Below the pieces are notes generated by a model that saw only the letters and a program-made list of their open reading frames with translations, was not told where the DNA came from and made no database searches. A stretch of DNA of 64,000 bases from Pristiophorus japonicus (lineage: Eukaryota). The stretch covers positions 227,416,001-227,480,000 of the forward strand of contig NC_091984.1 in NCBI RefSeq assembly GCF_044704955.1, read 5' to 3'. Positions 57,483 to 64,000 of this stretch are shown here, one piece after another; the stretch's first letter is position 1, and each line of letters opens with the position of its first letter. The position numbers and the translations under genes are program-made.

Positions 57483-60400
57483 CGTAGTGTTCATACTCTG
57501 TTTGTTATAGGACACTAGACAGGCATTAGGACCCTGCGGGAGCTATTCACACACTGTTGTAAACATTCTGGTTCATACTAGTTTTGGGACACCAATTTGT
57601 AAGTTGCTATTAAGGACACAGTTAGTGACATTACTCCTGTTGCAGTTAGTCAGTTCATTTACGTACACAACATAATTTGGCAACAAGGATGAATCAAATT
57701 AACCCCCCTACCCACCCCCCCACCCCCGCCTTTCCTCTCCACATCCGGGGACCCTCCAATTCCGTGGCCGAGATGGATAAAAAGCTTTTCTATGTGCATC
57801 ACGGCGAGTGGGTTAGACGGCGACAACGTAACAGCAGCTCGCCGCCGTGCAATACTTATCCACTGTCTCGGCATCGAAGGCCAATGCATCTTTGGTCAAA
57901 TCGAAGACACGGAGTCCTACAACAAAGCGGTAAGCGTCCTAGAGAAATATTTTGGGCCAAAGAAAAGTATCATGATGGAGAGATACAAATTTCATCAAAG
58001 GGGGCAAGGGAACGATGAACCAATCAAACAGTACATCATTTCATTAACTGAACTAGCCGCTACGTGTTACTTTGGAGCACTCACAGGGGAAATGATCAGT
58101 GATCAAATTATTGAGAAAACAACGATCCCGCACATTCGAGAATGCTGGAGGATGACAAATTGACAATGGATAAAGCAACTAATTTGGCCATCAAAATCGA
58201 ATCGGCGCTTTCCGATTCAAAAGCGATCAGATCCCCTGCTCCCCCTGTGCAGCAGACTGCAGCTACAGCCCATGTGCAAGGCGTTCATCCAAAGTGGAAA
58301 TCCGGAAATCACAGCAGAGACCCAGGGCTAGTAATAAGCCATCCATTTGGGATCGTGGGCCTAACTTCCACTGCTTTAACTGTGGGGACAAATCACACTC
58401 AGCAAAGAGCCCTAACTGCCCTGCACGTGGGAAGAAATGCTCTGTATGTGATAAAATGAACCACTTTGCTAGTGTCTGTTGTTCATCGCCGCATATTCGA
58501 CAGGTGGACAACCCCGATAGTGATGAACCCAGTATGGTTTACACCGTTAGTGACATTTTGCATGCATCGGTTCAGATAAATTCAAGGACTGTGAGGTGAA
58601 CATTGACGGCACGCCCATCTGCCTTCTCATTGACCTCGGAGCCAAAGTCTCCATTAAGCGAGGCTGTGTACAAAACCCACTTCATGCACTGTCAACCGCA
58701 GCCCACAACTTGCACGCTGCATTCGTACTCCGACTCCAAAATTGAGGTACATGGGGTTATATCTATCCCGATATGCTACAAGGACATAACATTGGAGAAC
58801 TTTTCCTTTCATGTCGCAAAAGGATGAAGCCTCATGGGTGTTGATCTTTTTGACAAACTTGGGTTCAAAGTTTACAACCCAACCGGCCCACCTGTGTACA
58901 TGGTGGACTTTGACAAGCAGTATCCCTCAATCTTCACAGGGTTTGGAGTGACAACAATTCTGCCATCGTCCGGGCGTTGACCCTTCCGTCAAACCAGTTA
59001 CACAGCGACTTCGCCGTCTCCCATTCGCAGAATTAACGCGACTTGAATCTCAGGGAATCATTGAGAGCATCGACTCCTCATCCTGGATCTCAAACTTAGT
59101 CGTTGCTTGACATAAAAATGGGGCGATTCGCCTATGCATCGACCTGAAAGAGAGCCATTATCCCTGACAAGTAACCTCTTCCTACAATCGATGAATTGTC
59201 TTCAGAATTCCACAGCTCAATAGTTTTTACGAAACTCGACATGCGCCGCAGTTACCTGCAAATACCCCTAGCGGGGAACAGCAAACCGCTCACAGCATTC
59301 ACGACGCATGATGGTCTGTATCAGTATCGACGCATGCTCTACGGACTATCTTCGCACCAAGTGCATTTCAGAAGATTGTCACTACTATGCTAGCAGGCAT
59401 AGAGGGCGCCCTCAATCTGCTTGATGATATGGTCGTCCATGGACGGACAATGGAAGAACATGACCAGCGACTTCATGCAGTTCTGGCTAGACTTGCTACA
59501 CATAGCATTACACTTAATGCCGATAAGTATACATTCGCTGCTGGAGAAATAAACCTTCTGGGCTACAGAGCCACAGCACAATATGTCAAGCTAACGCTTG
59601 ACAACATTGACGCGATCCAGCGAATGCAGGAGGCTACCAACGTCAAAGAACTTTCATCATTCCTCGGCACTTGCAACTTCTATCTGAAGTTCGTCCCGCA
59701 CATTGCTGAACCACTTCGCAAGTTGCTGCACAAAGACATTCCTTGGGAACGGATAGATTCCCAGGCTCAGGCATTCACCACGCTTAAGGAGAAAATCACA
59801 TCCCCTCCTATCCTCGTGCACTTTGATCCGAATGCCACTACGTATGTCACCACGGATGCATCAGGCACCGCCATGGGTGCTGTGCTCTTGCAGTGGATTG
59901 AAGGCCTGGAACGCCCAGTTGCCTTCGCCTCTCGCACTCTCTCAACTGCAGAACGTAAATACTCTACAGAGGAACACGGAGCACTCGCTTGCATCGACGC
60001 ATGTGAACGCTGGCACATCTACCTCTATGGCAGGAAATTTACCTTCCGTATGGATCACCAAGCGCTAACTCCGCTACTCGCTGCAACTGGATCTGGGCGC
60101 AGACCACTACAAATCAACCGATGGTCAGATCGCCTTCATCAGTATAACTTTAATGTACAGTACATTGCTGGCAGTCGCAACCATGTAGCTGACATGCTCA
60201 GCCACTCGACATCTGCTTCGGACTCTGGTGCTGACTTGTTCACAGATGACGACACGTATGTCACATCAATCAGCACTCAGTCCATCAGAAACCTTGTCTC
60301 CTACGACGAACTCAAAACTGAATCACAGCGTGATGCTGCGATCCAGCATATGTGCCACTTCCTCCAGACCAAGTGGCCTAAGCAAATTCCAGACAAGCTG

Positions 60401-60590
60401 AAAACCTTCCACAGACTTCGCGATGAACTTTCCATTTGGAACGATGGCTGCCGAGCTCGTGGTGATAGAGCAGTAATTCTCAAGTCGCTTCAACAGTGCG
60501 TTCTCTTATTGGCACACCATGAACACCATGGCTTTGTCCGCATGATACAAAAGGACCACCTGCACCTGTGCAACAGCACCCCAGCATTCA
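57483..60590 (+). mobile_element. Decayed Gypsy/Ty3 LTR retrotransposon: 5' LTR (~57483-57672), PBS, gag, PR, RT, RNase H, truncated at integrase start
   Basis: LTR ends ..CACAACA; PBS TGGCAACAAGGATG at 57678 (CpG-decayed tRNA-Ser type TGGCGACGAGGATG); gag RRAILIHCLG and CFNCG..CSVCDKMNHFASVC; PR FLIDLGA; RT IRLCIDL, TKLDM, LLDD; RNase H TDASG, AFASRTL, DHQAL, VADMLS; no integrase core or 3' LTR. Confidence 0.93.
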
Positions 60591-60599
60591 TCAGCATGG

Positions 60600-61322
60600 C
60601 AGCACTGCACTGTCGAAGGTGTCATCCTTTGGATGAGATGTTAAACCGAGGCACAGTCGTCCCTCTAAGGCGGACGTACAAATTCCAAGGCACTATATTG
60701 AAGAAGAGCAGGGGAGTTCTCCCCAGTGTCCTTGCCAATATTTATCCATCAAGCAAAATCACTAAAAACAGAATATCTGAGCAGGAGGCTGAGGGGAGAC
60801 CTAATTGAGGTGTATAAAATGATGAGGGGCCTAGAGTGAATAGGAAGGACCTATTTCCCTGAGCAGAGGGGTCAATAACCAGGGGGCATAGATTTAAAGT
60901 AATTGGTACGAGGTTTAGAAGGGATTTGAGTGGAAAGAAATTCACCAGATGGTGGTGGGGATCTGGAACTCACTGACTGAAAGGGTGGTAGAGGCAGAAA
61001 CCCTCACCACATTTAAAAACTACTTGGATGTGCACTTGAAGTGCAGTAACCTACAGGGCTACGGAACAAGAGCTGGAAAGTGGGATTAGGCTGGGTAGCT
61101 CTTGGTCGGTGTGGACACGATGGGCTGAATGGCCTCTTTCCGTGCTGTAAATTTCTGTGATGCTATGATTCTACGATTATTGCGTTGGTGTTTGTGGGAG
61201 CTTGCCGTGCGTGATTGGCTGCTGCGTTGCAACAGTGACTACAATCCAGAAGTGATTGTAATGCGCTTTGGGACATCCTCAGTTCGTGAAAGGCGCTGTA
61301 TAAATTGCAGGTGTTTCTTTAA
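60600..61322 (+). mobile_element. Deu-domain SINE split by a CR1 3' fragment (60780-61172, plus)
   Basis: CTGCACTGTCG..GATGTTAAACCGAGG..; CR1 AGGCTGAGGGGAGACCT..CTATGATTCTA; SINE tail AGGCGCTGTATAAAT. Confidence 0.85.
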
Positions 61323-62097
61323 GAGAGGCTGGGATGAAAATGGAGAGAAAAAAATATCACTCAGAACCCTGAATAATCAACCCCTCATCCATTGTGACTC
61401 AAAGACCCATTCAAGCTCCGCCACTGTTTATTACGGTTAATAAAATGCACTAATAGCTTCTGAACTACCTCCAGCCTTCACAAGGCATTAGAAACAGAGG
61501 TGTAATGAGATCATACAGTCGTAACCTCAACAATTATGTGCTGTGAGGGGTTCGGGCAAGCAAGGGCTTGTGTCGAAAGCAGCGCTGTGCAGTCTTTGAA
61601 GTGTTGTGCTGAACCAACAGTTCAAACGCATTTGAACCAAGAATAAATCTGCCAGCTGGCAGCACTTTAGTTGCACGCGGCATGGAGGCTTGCAATCGAG
61701 CTGTGATCGCAGCTTGGTTAGAGGTTCCAGCTCAGCATCTCCGGAGATTACAGACTGGCGGGCTGGGTTTAAACAGGGGGCGCTGTTGGGATGTTGAAAT
61801 GGCGCGCAAGAAATTGTCTCAATAAGTTTATCCGAAGAAGGAAGTTACGCTAAAGCTTTACAAAACACTGGTTGGGCCTCCGCTGGGCTATTGTGGGCAC
61901 TGCACTTTCGAAAGGATGTCAAGGCCTTGGAGAGGCGGCAGAAGAGCTTTACTAGAATGACAGCATTATGCGCGAGACCGTTTCCATGGGTACTCAGTGG
62001 CCCCGCCCCAATTCCTGCTCACGCCCGCCCACCTTGATGTCATTCCTGCCGGCTTCAGACATTAAAATGAGGCTGATTTTTTTTGTTTGTTCGACGG

Positions 62098-63085
62098 TGG
62101 GATATGGGCATTATTGGCAAGGCCGGCATTTATTGCCCGTCCCTAATTGCCCCTTGAGAAGGTGGTGGTGAGCCGCCTTCTCGAACCGCTGCAGTCCGTG
62201 TGGTGAAGGTGTTCCCACAGTGCTGTTAGGGAGGGAGTTCCAGGATTGTGGCCCAGTGGCGATGAAGGAACGGCCGATATATTTCCAAGTCAGGATGGTG
62301 TGTGACTTTGAGGGGATCTTGGAGGTGGTGGTGTTCCCATGCGCTTCTCTTGTCCTTCTAGATCTTAGAGGTCACAGATTTGGAAGGTGCTGCCGAAGAA
62401 GCCTTGTCGAGTTGCTGCAGTGCATCTTGTAGATGGTACATGTCATTGTAACCCATGTAAAAACTGACCTAAGTTGTACACCGTGAGAACATTGACCACT
62501 AGGTGGTGAACTTGTGGGAGACACTCCTAACCTGGACTTTCAGGTATAAAAGGGAAAGCTCCACCCACCTTCATCACTTCAGTGCTGGCTGATAAAGGTT
62601 ACTGGTCACAGAGCCACCTTCTCTCAAGTATGGGCCTCGTGTGCATTTGTACTGTATAGTGAGGACGTATTAGTACACACTGCAGCCACGATGCGCCGGT
62701 GGTGGAGGGAGTGAATGTTGAAGGTGGTGGATGGGGTGCCAATCAAGCGAGCTGCTTTGTCCTGGTTGGTTTCGAGCTTCTTGAGTGTTGTTGGAGCTGC
62801 ACTCATCCAGGCAAGTGGAGAGTATTCCATCACACTCCTGACTTGTGCCTTGTAGATGGTGGAAAGGCTTTGGGGAGTCAGGAGGTGAGACACCCAGCCT
62901 CTGACCTCCTCTTGTTGTCTCAGTATTTATGTGGCTGGTCCAGTTAAGTTTCTGGTCAATGGTGACCCCCAGGATGTTGATGGTGGGGGATTCGGCGATG
63001 GTAATGTCAAGGGGTGGTGGTTAGACTCTCGCTCGTTGGAGATAGTCATTGTCTGGCATTTGTGTGCTGTGAATGTTACTTGCAA
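62098..63085 (-). mobile_element. CR1-group LINE 3' 0.75 kb split by a solo LTR
   Basis: LSTIYKAQVRSVMEYSPLAW..HHRRIVAAVCT / LTR / IYKMHCSNS; tail as in 57028-57299. Confidence 0.88.
62441..62672 (+). mobile_element. Solo LTR (232 bp)
   Basis: Starts TG; 5-bp TSD GTACA (62436-62440, 62673-62677); TATAAAA at 62545; removal restores the host LINE frame; 3' end reads TA rather than CA. Confidence 0.85.
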
Positions 63086-63734
63086 TTTTTAATGCTGTCA
63101 GGTTTGTTGGCTGATTTGCCCCCTTCCCCACCCACACTGCTGCTCACCACACACTTTCGTGTTCAAATCAAGCCCCTCTGACGAACCTACCACATGTCAA
63201 TGGCCATTTGTTTGAAGTAATAGGGAGGAGGGGAGAAACTTTGAAAGAAATTGTCTAATAAAATCATCATTGTGTGTTTAACACAGACCCCATTCACCAT
63301 CATGAGGTCTAAACAGGTTTTTCTTTGGAAAAGCTGGTTGCGTGCACACCGATTTACAAACTCCCAACGGTTGGAGGATTGTTCTTTCCGAATTACTGCT
63401 GTAAAGTTGGCATCTGTACCCGTGACTTGCAGTGTCTTGTAACAACCAGCGCTGTGAACCTGGCACTGAGGAGGTTGTGGCGACGAGATCAGGAACAGTG
63501 GAAGGTCTGCCTTCTGCTGGCTATGTCCCTCAGCGCTACATCGGTGCCATTAGATACTGGTGCTGTAATGAAGCCCAACTTCCCATGTGGCACAGTTAAG
63601 GAGATGCATGACAATTATATGTAACGTTCCTCCAATTCTCACTGCCCTGTGTTAAAAAGAAGGTTCGTTGCGTAAGTCAAAAGGGGGGTAATTTTCTATC
63701 TATGCTTTTCCAGCGGGCGAGGACCTCTGCTGTG

Positions 63735-64000
63735 AAAGAAAGAAAGACTTGCGTTTAAATAGCGCCTTTCACGACCACCGGACGTCTCAATGCAGCCAAT
63801 GAAGAACTTTTGGAGTGTAATCACTGTTGTAATGTGGGAAACGCGGCAGCCAACTTGTGCACAGCAAGCTCCCACACACAGCAAAGTGACAATGACCAGA
63901 TAATTTGTTTGTGATGTTGATTGAGGGATAAATATTGGTCAGGACAGCGGGGATAACTCCCCTGCTCTTCTTTGAAATAGTGCCGTGGGATCTTTGACGT
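63735..64000 (-). mobile_element. Deu-domain SINE 3' half (cut by window edge)
   Basis: AAAGAAAGACTTGC..AGCGCCTTTCACGACC..CCCCTGCTCTTC..GGGATCTTT. Confidence 0.9.

Noticed and set aside
59387-60808. 473-aa domesticated Gypsy gene
   Set aside because: Catalytic motif altered (LLDD), upstream stops and frameshifts, and the C-terminus reads through into a SINE; no sign of selection

Overview
Repeat-saturated eukaryotic DNA, most likely an intergenic or deep-intronic region of a cartilaginous fish (shark). This is inferred from the repeat mix: CR1 LINEs with (TTCTATGT/TTCTTATG)n tails, Deu-domain tRNA SINEs, and L2, RTE, Tx1/L1, Penelope and Gypsy relics. No intact host protein-coding gene is recognisable; almost every long ORF is a decayed retroelement ORF or its antisense shadow. 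Main landmarks: a Tx1-type L1-clade element (~88-8260, minus) split by a CR1 and a solo LTR whose removal restores both reading frames; a 3.75-kb 32/33-bp minisatellite grown inside a SINE; a full-length 5S rRNA pseudogene fused to a CR1 3' end; a histone H2B pseudogene; a truncated Gypsy element; Penelope terminal repeats carrying minimal hammerhead-ribozyme motifs; about ten GC-rich TIR-bounded MITEs (probably PIF/Harbinger), several with splice donors; and three solo LTRs sharing a CTCF-like motif 49-59 bp upstream of the TATA box. Family names come from recognised motifs, not database searches. Boundaries lacking a stated TSD/TIR are approximate.
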